Below are positions 1-8,924 of a stretch of DNA of 58,088 nucleotides, one piece after another. The notes below the pieces were generated by a model. It was given only the letters and a program-made list of their open reading frames with translations, made no database searches and was not told the DNA's origin. The translations under genes and the position numbers were made by a program. Source of the DNA: a virus (lineage: Duplodnaviria; Caudoviricetes); IMG/VR virus record IMGVR_UViG_3300036800_000168, positions 1 through 58,088 of that record; one strand, given 5' to 3'. The first letter of the stretch is position 1, and every line of letters starts with the position of its first letter.

Positions 1-714
1 GTTGATCAGGAGCCGCGCGCTGGGCAGCTCGTGCAGGTCGGTCATGGCGACCGCGCTGTAGAGCGAGCCCGGGGTCAGGTACCCGCTGGCCTCGGTGATG
101 TTGTGGTTGGGGGTGACCACGTGGTCGGGCCTGGTGGCGTAGTCGGTGATCGCCGCCTGGAGGAGGACCAGCAGCCGGGCGTCCTCCTGCTTGAGGATGG
201 CCTGCTTGGTCTCGTCCTGGGCCTGCTCGACCGCGTTGATCCGCAGGTAGAACAGGTCTTCCTTGCGGAGCGCCGGGCGCGACGCGATCCGGAAGAACCG
301 GACCGGGATCCGCTTGCCCTCGAACGGGGTGACCCGCACCTCGCCCTCGGTGCCGGACAGGATGTAGGCCTGGCCCAGGTCATCCCAGACGTCGTACTCC
401 ACCGGGGTACCCGGGGTGACCGGGTCCTCGACCAGCACGTTCCGGACGATGCCCTGGTACCGCAGCTTGAGCTGGATGGGGCCGACCATGCCGACGCCCA
501 GCCGGCGGAAGCCGTGCATCTCGTCGCTGAGGATCAGCGCCATCTTGCGGACCTTGGCCTCGCGGGTCAGCGAGACGCCGTTGCTCCGGTCCCTGCGCGC
601 CTGGATCTGCGCAACGTAGTCGTCGGACTTCCTGCTTGCCACACGGGGGCGCAGGCCGCCGCCGGGAGCCAGCGCCAGTTGCCCGCCGGCTGAAGTGGTC
701 GCCAGCTCGGTCAT
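1..714 (-). CDS. Major capsid protein, N-terminal part (runs off window start; missing from ORF track)
   Basis: Manual translation from ATG 714: MTELATT...SDDYVAQ...GPIQLKLRYQGIVRNVLVEDP...YDVWDDLGQAY...TPFEGKRI...KEDLFYLR, matching the Bxz1-type MCP; AGGAAAGGGA upstream. Confidence 0.92.
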   Translation of the reverse strand, partial: MTELATTSAGGQLALAPGGGLRPRVASRKSDDYVAQIQARRDRSNGVSLTREAKVRKMALILSDEMHGFRRLGVGMVGPIQLKLRYQGIVRNVLVEDPVTPGTPVEYDVWDDLGQAYILSGTEGEVRVTPFEGKRIPVRFFRIASRPALRKEDLFYLRINAVEQAQDETKQAILKQEDARLLVLLQAAITDYATRPDHVVTPNHNITEASGYLTPGSLYSAVAMTDLHELPSARLLIN

Positions 715-773
715 TTGGTGTTCCCTTTCCTGCGTTCCCGCGCGTGTTTCTTTATGTCTTCTCGGTCGAACAG

Positions 774-1121
774 CTAGGTCGGCGTGACATCGGAGGTCTG
801 TTCTCCCGTGACCAGAAGGACCTGCACGCTCTTGGTAGTGACTCCGGGAGCCCAGGTCTGCGCCTCGGCCCACGTCTTGATGGCACTGAGCAGAGAGGGA
901 ACGGCGTCTGGGTAATCAGAAAGCTGACCGCCCTGGCTGATGAGGGCGTTGTTGCCTGTCCCTGATGCTGGTAGGTAAGAAGCCTCACCAACCGAGTCCT
1001 GCACCTGGCCGATGGCAGCCAGCCAGAAGTTCACAGGTGCCGGGTCGCTCGATCCGTTGAAACTCACGGAAACGAGGTACGCCGGGTAGTTGACCTGCTG
1101 TCCGGTCTGGAAGAGCGCCAC
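774..1121 (-). CDS. Hypothetical protein between decoration protein and MCP (probable virion protein)
   Basis: 115-aa ORF co-oriented in the head operon; GAGG upstream. Confidence 0.7.
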   Translation of the reverse strand: MALFQTGQQVNYPAYLVSVSFNGSSDPAPVNFWLAAIGQVQDSVGEASYLPASGTGNNALISQGGQLSDYPDAVPSLLSAIKTWAEAQTWAPGVTTKSVQVLLVTGEQTSDVTPT

Positions 1122-1141
1122 GGTGGATTCCCTCTTCCGGC

Positions 1142-1789
1142 TTAGTTCCGGCCCGCGTTGGTGTTGGCGGTCAGTTCGGCCGCCGCGTACGGGGAAAGGC
1201 CGCCGATCGTGATCTTGGTGGAGCTGTTAACCTTCAGCAGCTTCGCCACCGGGGCGGTCGCCGTGGCAGAGCCCGCGCCCGTCACGGGAATGAGCATCCC
1301 CTGGTTGGACCCGGAGGTGGAGACGGCCACCAGAGCCGCGCCGGAGCCGTCAGTCGGGTCTGTCCACGTGGCCGTGGCGTCGAATGCCGGAGCGAGGATC
1401 TCGAACTCGGCATCGGGACCGAGGACCCACACGGCGAACGCGTTGATCCCCGCGTAGAGCAGCTCGTCGATACCGTCGCCGCCGACGTACAGCGCGCCCA
1501 GGCCGTAGACCGGGACTGAGTTCGGCGTCAGCGATCCCGTACCCGTAACGCCTGCCGGGCTGCCGGTGCCGGTACCCGTCATGGTCTTGCCGCCCATCTG
1601 GCCAGCACCTGCGCCCGCCAGGGTCACCAGGTCGCCGCCCGTGCGGACGAAGCCCATTCCGGGCCAGATCGGCACCGCGCGGGTCCACGCCGGGTCCAGG
1701 AAGCACGACTTGGGAGTGGCCTGCGTCCAGGAGTACAGAGGCCTGATCGTGCGCTTGACATAATCGTTGCTCAGGTAAGTGCGGATCAT
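1142..1789 (-). CDS. Capsid decoration protein
   Basis: KRTIRPLYSWTQATP..FLDP and GIDEL...FAVWV.GPDAEFEILAPAFD resemble the cluster C decoration protein; lies just upstream of MCP. Confidence 0.8.
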   Translation of the reverse strand: MIRTYLSNDYVKRTIRPLYSWTQATPKSCFLDPAWTRAVPIWPGMGFVRTGGDLVTLAGAGAGQMGGKTMTGTGTGSPAGVTGTGSLTPNSVPVYGLGALYVGGDGIDELLYAGINAFAVWVLGPDAEFEILAPAFDATATWTDPTDGSGAALVAVSTSGSNQGMLIPVTGAGSATATAPVAKLLKVNSSTKITIGGLSPYAAAELTANTNAGRN

Positions 1790-1841
1790 CGGCCTTTACT
1801 CCGTGTCTGGTCGGCCGGGCCGTGAGGCCCTCCTGCTATTC

Positions 1842-1863
1842 CTTCTGGGGCTGCGCGCGGAAA
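1842..1863 (-). promoter_or_regulatory. Putative late promoter motif TTTCC-N11-CAGAAG
   Basis: Same bipartite motif upstream of several minus-strand structural genes. Confidence 0.5.
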
Positions 1864-1871
1864 AGGAGTCG

Positions 1872-2222
1872 TCATGTCAGCGATGTGGTGTCCGAGGAGA
1901 AAAGCGAGCTGAGCGCCCCGGCGGGAATGAGGCCGTACTCGGCGTCCGACAGCACCGTCACGTCCCCGGCCGTGTAGCGCAGGCCGTTGGGCAGCACCAC
2001 GTTGCCCAGGCCGTCGGCGATCGTCACCTGATGGCTCACGGTCCCTCCCAGGGAGCCGGTGGAAGTACCTCCGTCGCCCGCCGTGAGCAGTGTCTTCGCC
2101 CCGGCCGTCAGCAGCCCGAAGTCGTCGTCGGTGAGCGTGAGGGCGCTCCCCGCCGCGTACCGGATGCCGTCCGGCATGACGACCGGGCCGGTGCCGGAGT
2201 TGACGGTCAGGGCGTAGGTCAT
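1872..2222 (-). CDS. Small virion-type protein with internal duplication
   Basis: Two copies of VV[ML]P[DN]G.RY.AG....L[TS]D..[FY]GL; overlaps the protease stop. Confidence 0.75.
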   Translation of the reverse strand: MTYALTVNSGTGPVVMPDGIRYAAGSALTLTDDDFGLLTAGAKTLLTAGDGGTSTGSLGGTVSHQVTIADGLGNVVLPNGLRYTAGDVTVLSDAEYGLIPAGALSSLFSSDTTSLT

Positions 2223-5200
2223 CAGTCGAACAGGTCCGAGGCGTCGAGGTCGTCGGTGACAGCCGGCGCGTACTGGGACGAGGCCCCCACCGACGCGAGC
2301 GACGGGACGGACCGGGACGCGGTGCGCTGCACCGGGCGTGCCGCCATCCGCTGATCGGTCACGGGCATGCGGGACAGGACCCCGATCTCGTGCTCGATGA
2401 CCGGGGTCGCCAGCGAGGCGTCGCGCTCGATCCGCTCAGCTACCGCCAGCTCGTCGCCCTGGGCGAGGCCCGCCAGCACCCGCAGCTTCGCCAGCCGGAT
2501 GGAGGCGAACGTGCGACGGGATGCGTCCGCCTCGCCGAGGGAGGCTGCCCGCTGGCCCTGCTGCGGCGACTGGCCGCCCTGCTGGCCACCCTGCTGGCCG
2601 GGGGCCTGCGCGTCGAGGATCCACGGGAAGGCCGAGCCGTTGTCGCCCTGGCCGCCGATCCCCGGGCCCTGCGCCTTCAGCGGGTCCGGGTCGATGCGGA
2701 CGTCGGTCTCGATCCGGCGCTGCTCCAGCGGCACCCCGCCGTCCTGCGACGGGTTGGTGCCCTGGACGGGGGCGGTCACGTCGATCAGGTTGGTCGCCGG
2801 GGGCGTCTGCATCTCCACGCCCGGGGTGATCGCGGTGGTGGTCTGCTGGGCGGGCACCCGTGAGTTCGCGCCCGGGGTCGTCCCGGGGCGCCCGGCGTTG
2901 TCCATGGTCTCCGGCTGGAGCGCCTGCTCGGTGGTCTCCGTCGGCGGGCCCTGCGGCGGGTCCGGCACGGGGCTCGCCGGGTTGAGGACGTCCGCGCGAC
3001 GCCGCATCACCCGCCGGCCGACCTCGGCCAGCTCGCGGTCGATCCCCGCAGCGGAGGCGAGGAACCGGAGCTGGGCCGAGAGGACCTCGTTCTGCGCGCT
3101 CAGCTCGGCGATCCGGTGCGCCTGGGCCTGCGCGAGAGCGGCGGCCGTCTTGCTTGCTGGCATGTCCTTGTCCTCTTCCTCGTCCTCTTCGTCCCCGGGC
3201 TCCTCGTCCGGGTCAGACGGGTCTTCTGCTCCTTCCGGGGGTACCGCCCCCGGGTCCTGCTCTTCCTCGTCCTCTTCGTCCCCGGGCTCCTCGTCCACCG
3301 GGTGGAGCGCGGCCATCCCGCAGGCAGGGCACGGGACCCCCGGCTGGGCGGCGGCGTCAGCCTCGAAGGTCGTCCCGCACGCGGGGCAGATCAGCTCCTC
3401 GGCGAACATCTCCTCGCCCTCGTCGCCCGTGTCCTCCATCTCGGCCTCGTCGGGCGGCACGTCGCCCACCGGGACGGCGCCCTCGGGATCCTCGGGGTCC
3501 TCCTCGCCCTCCGGCGGCAGCCCGTCGGTGTTCGCCGGGTCGTCGCCGCCCTGGACGGTCGGCACCCCGTCAGGGGCGATCTGGTCGGGGTGGACAAGCT
3601 GGTCGTCGGCGTCGTCCCCGCTGCCCATCTGCGCCTGGCCCTGGGCATCGGGCTGGCCAGCGTCCGGCTGGTCCGGCGGGACATCGACCTCGCCGGCGGA
3701 GTCGAGCTGCTCGCGCACTTCCTTCGCCTTGTCGGTGTCCGGGTCCCGGAAGACCGACGGGGGCACCACGAAGCCGCAGACAGGACAGCGGGAGCCGGAC
3801 CAGACATTGTGCTCGCCGCAGACGGGGCACTCGTCCATCCGGAGGGTGTCCACCTGCGGCGGCACCCGCGTCTCCCCGTACGCCTGCTTGCGCACCGACA
3901 TGGAGCTGCGCAGCCGGTCGCCGAGCGGGTCCCAGGGGCGCGAGTCCTGCACGGTCTCCCGTGCGCGGCCGGGGGTCATGTAGCCGGGCAGGCCGGTGTC
4001 GGCCCCGTGTCCCTGGACGCGGCCCGAGCAGTCCTGGCACATCATCGGCATGGACCGGCTGACTGGCTTCCCGCCCGGGTTGCCCGGGTGGGCGAGGGAT
4101 CCGCCGCACATCGCGCAGTGGGTACCGCCTACTGGCCACGGGGCCTGCGGCGGCGGCTGGTCCGTCGATCCGTGAACATGCATGTTCTCCTCCGGGATCT
4201 GGCCCGGGTGGTGCTCGTGGTGGTGCTCCACCCAGCGGCGGCGGCTGTTGTCGCCGAGCTGGACGCGCCCCTTGCCGCCCGCGCCCCTGGCGCCCGAGGA
4301 GTCCTCCTCGGTGTTCTTCCGGATCTGGCGCAGCCACGTGGCCGCCTGGACCTGGTGCGGGCTGATCTTCCGGCCGTGCTGCTCCGACAGGGTGCGCGCC
4401 GCCTCGCGGTAGGCGTCGGAGACGTGCTCGTAGTGCTGGGACTGGCCGACCGGCATCTTGTCCGTGTCGGCGTCGGTCAGCCGGCGCCCGGTGGCGACGG
4501 ACATGGCGTGCCGGTCGATGACGACCCGCTCGCGTCCGCTCTTCACGTCATCGGGGCTGTCGCCGCCGTGCTCGATCAGGTGCGCGAAGGCGGCCGTCTT
4601 CGGCGCGGTGAGGACCTTGGAGTGGTGCTCCCCGGCGAGAATGCGGATCGCCTTGCGCTGGTGGTCGCCGAGGGCGCCGCTGCCGGGTCCGGGCGGGTCC
4701 CCCTGGGCAGCGCGGCTGGCGTTGAACATGTTGACCGGCCACATCGTGCGGGGACTGTAGGCCGACAGCAGCCCGGCGCCGAGCGCGGAGTCTCCCTTGC
4801 CGATGACCTTGGCGACGTGGTGGGCGTCGGAGTACCAGCGGTCGCCCAGCGCCCGCTCGTCGTCGCTGGAGTCGTTGTAGGCGGCGGTGACGTGGTGCGC
4901 GGAGACCGGGTGGTTCATGAACCAGGGGTGGTCTCCGCCCTGCGCCTTCGCCCCGGTGGACCGGATGTAGTCGATGTCCTTGTCCGGGATGTCATCGACC
5001 GTGGGGTAGCTGTCGCTCCTCGACCTGTGAGTGTGCACGTAGAACCCGTTGCGGTCCTGCTTGAGGGCCACGCCGTCGAACTTCGGGTCCCGGCCGTAGC
5101 CGCGCACGGGCTTGTCCTTCGGCTTCTTCTTGCGGGCGGCGGTGAACGGGTCTGGGGGCATCTGCCTCTCGTCGCCGCGCGGCGCTCGCGGCAGCGGGCG

Positions 5201-6739
5201 GCCCTCAAGCTGCTCGAACAGGCCGTGCATGTGATCACTCATCTGCCTGCGGGCCTGCTCGCGGGCCGCCTTCTGGGCCGTGACCGAGTCGTATGCCCCC
5301 TGCTCGTCGGCCGGGACCGCAAGGTGGTCGCGCTTCATGCCGTCGCCGTGGTGAAAGCCGCCGCCGGGCTTGTCGAGGGCGTTCAGGTTGATGCTCACCG
5401 GGTCACCGCACACGAGGCAGTGGCCGGCGCTGAACGTCGGGTTCTGCGACGGCCGCTTGTCCGACGGGTCCGCAGGCAGCGCGTCGTGGTCCGCGAGGCT
5501 CTGGTGCCGGTGCTGCCACGGGTACCGGCCCCGCTTTCCCAGCCCGGCGGCGTAGTGCACCGGCTGCCCGCACGTAGTGCAGGTGTTGCCCAGGTGGTCC
5601 CGGAAGTCGGGGTCTCCTGCCGCTCCTGCGGTCCTGGGGTGCATCCTGACCGTGGGAATATGAGTAGCGCCGTCCCGCATGTACGAGTGCATCCGGTGGT
5701 ACCCGTCATCGACGTAGTTGGGGTTTTCGTCGTTGACGATCAGCGGCCAGCGATTGCCCTCGGGGTAGCGGGGAACCGGGTGCGTGGCCAGGGTCTCCTG
5801 GTGGTGCGCCTCCCAGTCGCCTGGCCCGTACTCCTTCTTGAACTCCTCGTCCGCGTCCATGTAGCGGTCCAGGAATTCGTCTTTCGGCTCCTGGCGCGAC
5901 TCGTAGAGGTAGTCGCGCGGCGCGCTGCCGGGAGGCGCGTTACCCTCTTCGACCATCTGCGGGTGGTACTGCGCCACTGACTGCTGCTCGTGCGGCTGGA
6001 GCTGGTCGAATGACCTGAGGGGGTCCCCGGCGGCCGTCTTCGCGGCGGCCTTCGCCATGCCCCGGGCGTCTGGCTCGCCGATCACGTAAGCCGTCGGGTC
6101 GGCGGGGTCCTCGACCAGCAGGGAGTTCTCGAAGAACGACAGGCCGGCGCAGACCTCGTGGATCAGCTTCTCCTCGACCTTGCCGGTGACCTTGTTGCGC
6201 TGCCGGATCTTCTTGCCCTTCAGCGCGGGCAGGTGCTTGCAGTACTCGGCGGGGCTGGTGGCCTTGTTGCCGCAGGCCGAGCAGGTGGACCAGTCCACGT
6301 CCACGCCCATCGAGGTGCGGTTGACCCGCCCTGCCAGGATCGCCTTGCACAGCTTCGGGAACCTGACCGCGTCAATCTCGTGCAGGCCCTCGACCCAGGT
6401 GTCGGGACTGCCGTCCGGGTTCCTGTCACGGTGCAGCGCGACGGCGACGATGACGCCACGGGCGCGGCGGTGGTTGGCGTTGTGGTGGTTGACGAAGGCC
6501 GGCTTGCCGAGGAAGGTCTTGTAGCCCTTTTCGATCTCGTCAGCCGGGAACGTGTCGTGGTTGTCGTTGGTCCGGCTGGAGATCATCCGGGCCCGGACGT
6601 ACAGGTAGCCCTGGCGCGGCTCGTAGTCGAACGCCACCCGGTGGGCAGCCTTGACGATCCTCCGGGCGCCGTTCCCCGGGTCACCGGGCGCAGCCTGACG
6701 CCAGGCCTCCAGCACCTCCAGCGACGCATACTTGCGCAC
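2222..6739 (-). CDS. Capsid maturation protease / scaffold polyprotein with inserted ParB-like, zinc-ribbon and HhH-glycosylase-like domains
   Basis: N-terminal N.N.D.F...E, GKP.FVNH.N, TSMG..V..S.CS.CGN, FFENS.LV..PADPTA protease region; acidic linker; scaffold-like C-terminus; GGGAGG upstream. Confidence 0.85.
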   Translation of the reverse strand: MRKYASLEVLEAWRQAAPGDPGNGARRIVKAAHRVAFDYEPRQGYLYVRARMISSRTNDNHDTFPADEIEKGYKTFLGKPAFVNHHNANHRRARGVIVAVALHRDRNPDGSPDTWVEGLHEIDAVRFPKLCKAILAGRVNRTSMGVDVDWSTCSACGNKATSPAEYCKHLPALKGKKIRQRNKVTGKVEEKLIHEVCAGLSFFENSLLVEDPADPTAYVIGEPDARGMAKAAAKTAAGDPLRSFDQLQPHEQQSVAQYHPQMVEEGNAPPGSAPRDYLYESRQEPKDEFLDRYMDADEEFKKEYGPGDWEAHHQETLATHPVPRYPEGNRWPLIVNDENPNYVDDGYHRMHSYMRDGATHIPTVRMHPRTAGAAGDPDFRDHLGNTCTTCGQPVHYAAGLGKRGRYPWQHRHQSLADHDALPADPSDKRPSQNPTFSAGHCLVCGDPVSINLNALDKPGGGFHHGDGMKRDHLAVPADEQGAYDSVTAQKAAREQARRQMSDHMHGLFEQLEGRPLPRAPRGDERQMPPDPFTAARKKKPKDKPVRGYGRDPKFDGVALKQDRNGFYVHTHRSRSDSYPTVDDIPDKDIDYIRSTGAKAQGGDHPWFMNHPVSAHHVTAAYNDSSDDERALGDRWYSDAHHVAKVIGKGDSALGAGLLSAYSPRTMWPVNMFNASRAAQGDPPGPGSGALGDHQRKAIRILAGEHHSKVLTAPKTAAFAHLIEHGGDSPDDVKSGRERVVIDRHAMSVATGRRLTDADTDKMPVGQSQHYEHVSDAYREAARTLSEQHGRKISPHQVQAATWLRQIRKNTEEDSSGARGAGGKGRVQLGDNSRRRWVEHHHEHHPGQIPEENMHVHGSTDQPPPQAPWPVGGTHCAMCGGSLAHPGNPGGKPVSRSMPMMCQDCSGRVQGHGADTGLPGYMTPGRARETVQDSRPWDPLGDRLRSSMSVRKQAYGETRVPPQVDTLRMDECPVCGEHNVWSGSRCPVCGFVVPPSVFRDPDTDKAKEVREQLDSAGEVDVPPDQPDAGQPDAQGQAQMGSGDDADDQLVHPDQIAPDGVPTVQGGDDPANTDGLPPEGEEDPEDPEGAVPVGDVPPDEAEMEDTGDEGEEMFAEELICPACGTTFEADAAAQPGVPCPACGMAALHPVDEEPGDEEDEEEQDPGAVPPEGAEDPSDPDEEPGDEEDEEEDKDMPASKTAAALAQAQAHRIAELSAQNEVLSAQLRFLASAAGIDRELAEVGRRVMRRRADVLNPASPVPDPPQGPPTETTEQALQPETMDNAGRPGTTPGANSRVPAQQTTTAITPGVEMQTPPATNLIDVTAPVQGTNPSQDGGVPLEQRRIETDVRIDPDPLKAQGPGIGGQGDNGSAFPWILDAQAPGQQGGQQGGQSPQQGQRAASLGEADASRRTFASIRLAKLRVLAGLAQGDELAVAERIERDASLATPVIEHEIGVLSRMPVTDQRMAARPVQRTASRSVPSLASVGASSQYAPAVTDDLDASDLFD
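3173..3296. repeat. 37-bp direct repeat (3173-3209 and 3260-3296) encoding DEEPGDEEDEEE
   Basis: Exact duplicate seen in the acidic linker of the protease. Confidence 0.9.
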
Positions 6740-6764
6740 GGGCCCTCCCGGTCTGCTCTCCTCT

Positions 6765-6785
6765 CTTCCGGGGAACCAGCGGAAC
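6765..6785 (-). promoter_or_regulatory. Putative late promoter motif GTTCC-N10-CGGAAG for the protease
   Basis: Recurrent motif; back-to-back with a plus-strand early promoter. Confidence 0.45.
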
Positions 6786-6789
6786 CCTG

Positions 6790-6818
6790 TTGAGCAATAC
6801 AGCTTTTCTTGCTATTGT
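6790..6818 (+). promoter_or_regulatory. Sigma70-type promoter with conserved spacer box
   Basis: TTGAGC-aatacagcttttcttgc-TATTGT. Confidence 0.8.
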
Positions 6819-6854
6819 CGTGTCCAGCGAACGCAGAGCAGAGACTACGCAGGG

Positions 6855-7460
6855 ATGACCAGGGAGAAGACGATGGGTCTAGTACTAGGTTCGGACATGA
6901 CCGGCGAGCAGATGGCCGAGAGGATCGCCGCGACTGCGGCGCACAAGAACCACAAGATCGCCCGCTACCTGGTAGACGGGCAGCACCCGGTCAACCCGGC
7001 GCAGTACGACGGGATCATGAGGCACCTCAGCGGGTGCCCCGACCTTCCCCGCCAGCGGACCGCAGAGGAGAACATGGCACCCAGCACGGCGGCCCAGCCG
7101 GCGCAGGAGCCCCGGGCGGTCATCGCGGACATCCTGGCGGGTTTCTACGCCACCCCGTCCCGGACCGGGAACAATGACTTCGACTTCTGGAAGGTTACCG
7201 TCGTCCAGGACGGCCCTTACAAGGGATACCGCAAGGCCAAGCGGGTGGTCGGCGGCGGCGACGCCAGGACGCCGCGCCTGATCGAGGTAAGCAAGCCGGA
7301 ACAGAGGGCTGCACTCAGCGCTATCCTCCGGACGGGCATCACGAAGGCGCAGGAAGACTACGCCGACAAGGAGGCGCGGTGCATGAAGTGCGGTCGCCAG
7401 CTAACCGACGAGGACTCACGCCTACGCCGGATGGGCGACTGGTGCGCGGGCAAGGAGTGA
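6855..7460 (+). CDS. Hypothetical protein with C-terminal DUF6011-like zinc ribbon
   Basis: CMKCGRQLTDEDSR...MGDWC motif; first gene after the promoter; start could be 6873. Confidence 0.7.
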   Translation: MTREKTMGLVLGSDMTGEQMAERIAATAAHKNHKIARYLVDGQHPVNPAQYDGIMRHLSGCPDLPRQRTAEENMAPSTAAQPAQEPRAVIADILAGFYATPSRTGNNDFDFWKVTVVQDGPYKGYRKAKRVVGGGDARTPRLIEVSKPEQRAALSAILRTGITKAQEDYADKEARCMKCGRQLTDEDSRLRRMGDWCAGKE

Positions 7461-8068
7461 GTAACTGGACGGCGGCAGAGATCCTGCTCGCCGCAGCCGT
7501 CCTCGTGCTGGCCATGCCGCGCGAGGACGGCTTCATACTGCCCGAGCGCAGGGACTGGCTCGGGTGGCTGCGCAGGCTCCGCCCCCGGGTGCGCCGCCAG
7601 CGGGAAGACGACGCCGGCCGCGAGGCCGACCAGTACGTCACCGACCTGCGGGCCGACCGGGACCAGGACCCGATGACGGTCCGGCAGGACCAGCTCCCCA
7701 GTGCGCACCGGAGGTTCGCCTCCCCGCTGGTGACCGACCCGACGCCGGGCCAGAAGCCGCCGTGGAAGACCGCCGAGAACCCCGCCTGGGACGTGCCCGC
7801 GCAGGTCATTCCCCCCGAGAAGCGCCGCAGGCGCGCCCCGGGGGACCCGCCGACCATCGTCATCGAGATCATGCGGCCTGCCATGGACGGCGACCTGCGG
7901 CGTTACCTGGAGAAGCTGCCCTCCTACCCGGACCTCGACGAATCAGGCGACGTGTTCTTCGTGCCGCGCAGTTCCCTCGCGCCGGGCGTGCCGGGCGGAA
8001 ACGAAGCGCCGCAGACTGCCGGTGACGGCGAGGCCGGGAGAGAACAGGGAGGCGACCCGGGCAGCTAG
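7457..8068 (+). CDS. Membrane-anchored hypothetical protein
   Basis: GTGA overlap, AAGGAG near the start, hydrophobic N-terminus. Confidence 0.6.
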   Translation: MSNWTAAEILLAAAVLVLAMPREDGFILPERRDWLGWLRRLRPRVRRQREDDAGREADQYVTDLRADRDQDPMTVRQDQLPSAHRRFASPLVTDPTPGQKPPWKTAENPAWDVPAQVIPPEKRRRRAPGDPPTIVIEIMRPAMDGDLRRYLEKLPSYPDLDESGDVFFVPRSSLAPGVPGGNEAPQTAGDGEAGREQGGDPGS

Positions 8069-8334
8069 CCGCCCGTGCAGTGGTACTTGCGGCTGGCGTA
8101 GACGAACGCCTCGTAGAACTTGTACGAGGTCACCCGCGACGGGTTCTTCGCCGGATTTGCCGGGTACGCCACTGGCGATGCCGTCACCAGGTCGATAAGC
8201 GGGCACAGTACCTGGTCAGACTGGTTAACGGCAGCCTGGACAGACTGCCGGACAACCTGGTCAGCACGCCACTGGGCGACGAAGTAGTTGCCGACCTCCC
8301 CGGCCGCGATCACGAGGATGAGCACGCCGGTCAC
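8065..8334 (-). CDS. Small membrane protein (possible lysis-associated); start uncertain
   Basis: N-terminal TM segment; follows the holin-like gene. Confidence 0.55.
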   Translation of the reverse strand: MTGVLILVIAAGEVGNYFVAQWRADQVVRQSVQAAVNQSDQVLCPLIDLVTASPVAYPANPAKNPSRVTSYKFYEAFVYASRKYHCTGG

Positions 8335-8377
8335 GATGACCGCCCTGGCCGCCGGGCTCAGGTTGACGAGAGGTAGC

Positions 8378-8623
8378 TTACGGATGGGGTCTCACCCCGT
8401 TCCTGCGGTCTTTGTCGTGGTCCTCAAGGATCGTGACCCTGGTATCCAGCCGCCCGAACTTAGCCGAAAGGCTGCCGACTTTCTCCGTCAGGTCTTCCGT
8501 GGCCGTGGTGTTCTTCTCAGTAGCGTTCACCTGCTTGAAAATCGCCCTCAAGATTAGCGTCACCCCGGTGATGAAGGCGGTAAACCCGCCAAGCGCCCCC
8601 AGTACGGACAGCGCCGTCGTCAT
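8378..8623 (-). CDS. Holin-like membrane protein (one TM plus coiled coil)
   Basis: TM LSVLGALGGFTAFITGVTLIL, heptad region ending RVTILED; GGAGG RBS. Confidence 0.6.
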   Translation of the reverse strand: MTTALSVLGALGGFTAFITGVTLILRAIFKQVNATEKNTTATEDLTEKVGSLSAKFGRLDTRVTILEDHDKDRRNGVRPHP

Positions 8624-8666
8624 CCGGCCCCCCCCCTCCAGTCGTCAGTCAAAACGGGCACAGCAG

Positions 8667-8924
8667 TTACGGGGACGTCGCACTCCACCTGGACTCCAGC
8701 TCCTGAGCGGTCATCCCGGGCACGCCCCCGAGGTCAACCCACGCGCCGATGCCGTCCCAGGTGACAGCCGGCACGATCATCCCCAGGCGCTCCGCGAGCT
8801 TCCCTGTGATCGCGTCGAGGTCCGTCCCGGGCGCGGCGAGGAACACCCCGCGCCCCATGTAGGGGTCAGCGGAGGCAATCTCCTCACGGCGTAGCTGATC
8901 CATCCGGTACGCGAGCCCGCTCAC
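8667..8924 (-). CDS. Hypothetical protein
   Basis: GTGA overlap with upstream gene. Confidence 0.6.
   Translation of the reverse strand: MSGLAYRMDQLRREEIASADPYMGRGVFLAAPGTDLDAITGKLAERLGMIVPAVTWDGIGAWVDLGGVPGMTAQELESRWSATSP

Noticed and set aside
31-693. 220-aa plus-strand ORF
   Set aside because: Antisense shadow of the major capsid gene
3173-3296. 37-bp direct repeat as att site or target duplication
   Set aside because: In-frame duplication in an acidic linker; no integrase or transposase nearby
2367-5980. Long plus-strand ORFs (538 aa, 954 aa) opposite the protease
   Set aside because: Typical stop-poor antisense frames of high-GC3 genes; no RBS or motifs
2222-6739. Inteins as the explanation for the protease inserts
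   Set aside because: No Cys/Ser-start Hint block, no HN-[CST] end and no LAGLIDADG motif seen
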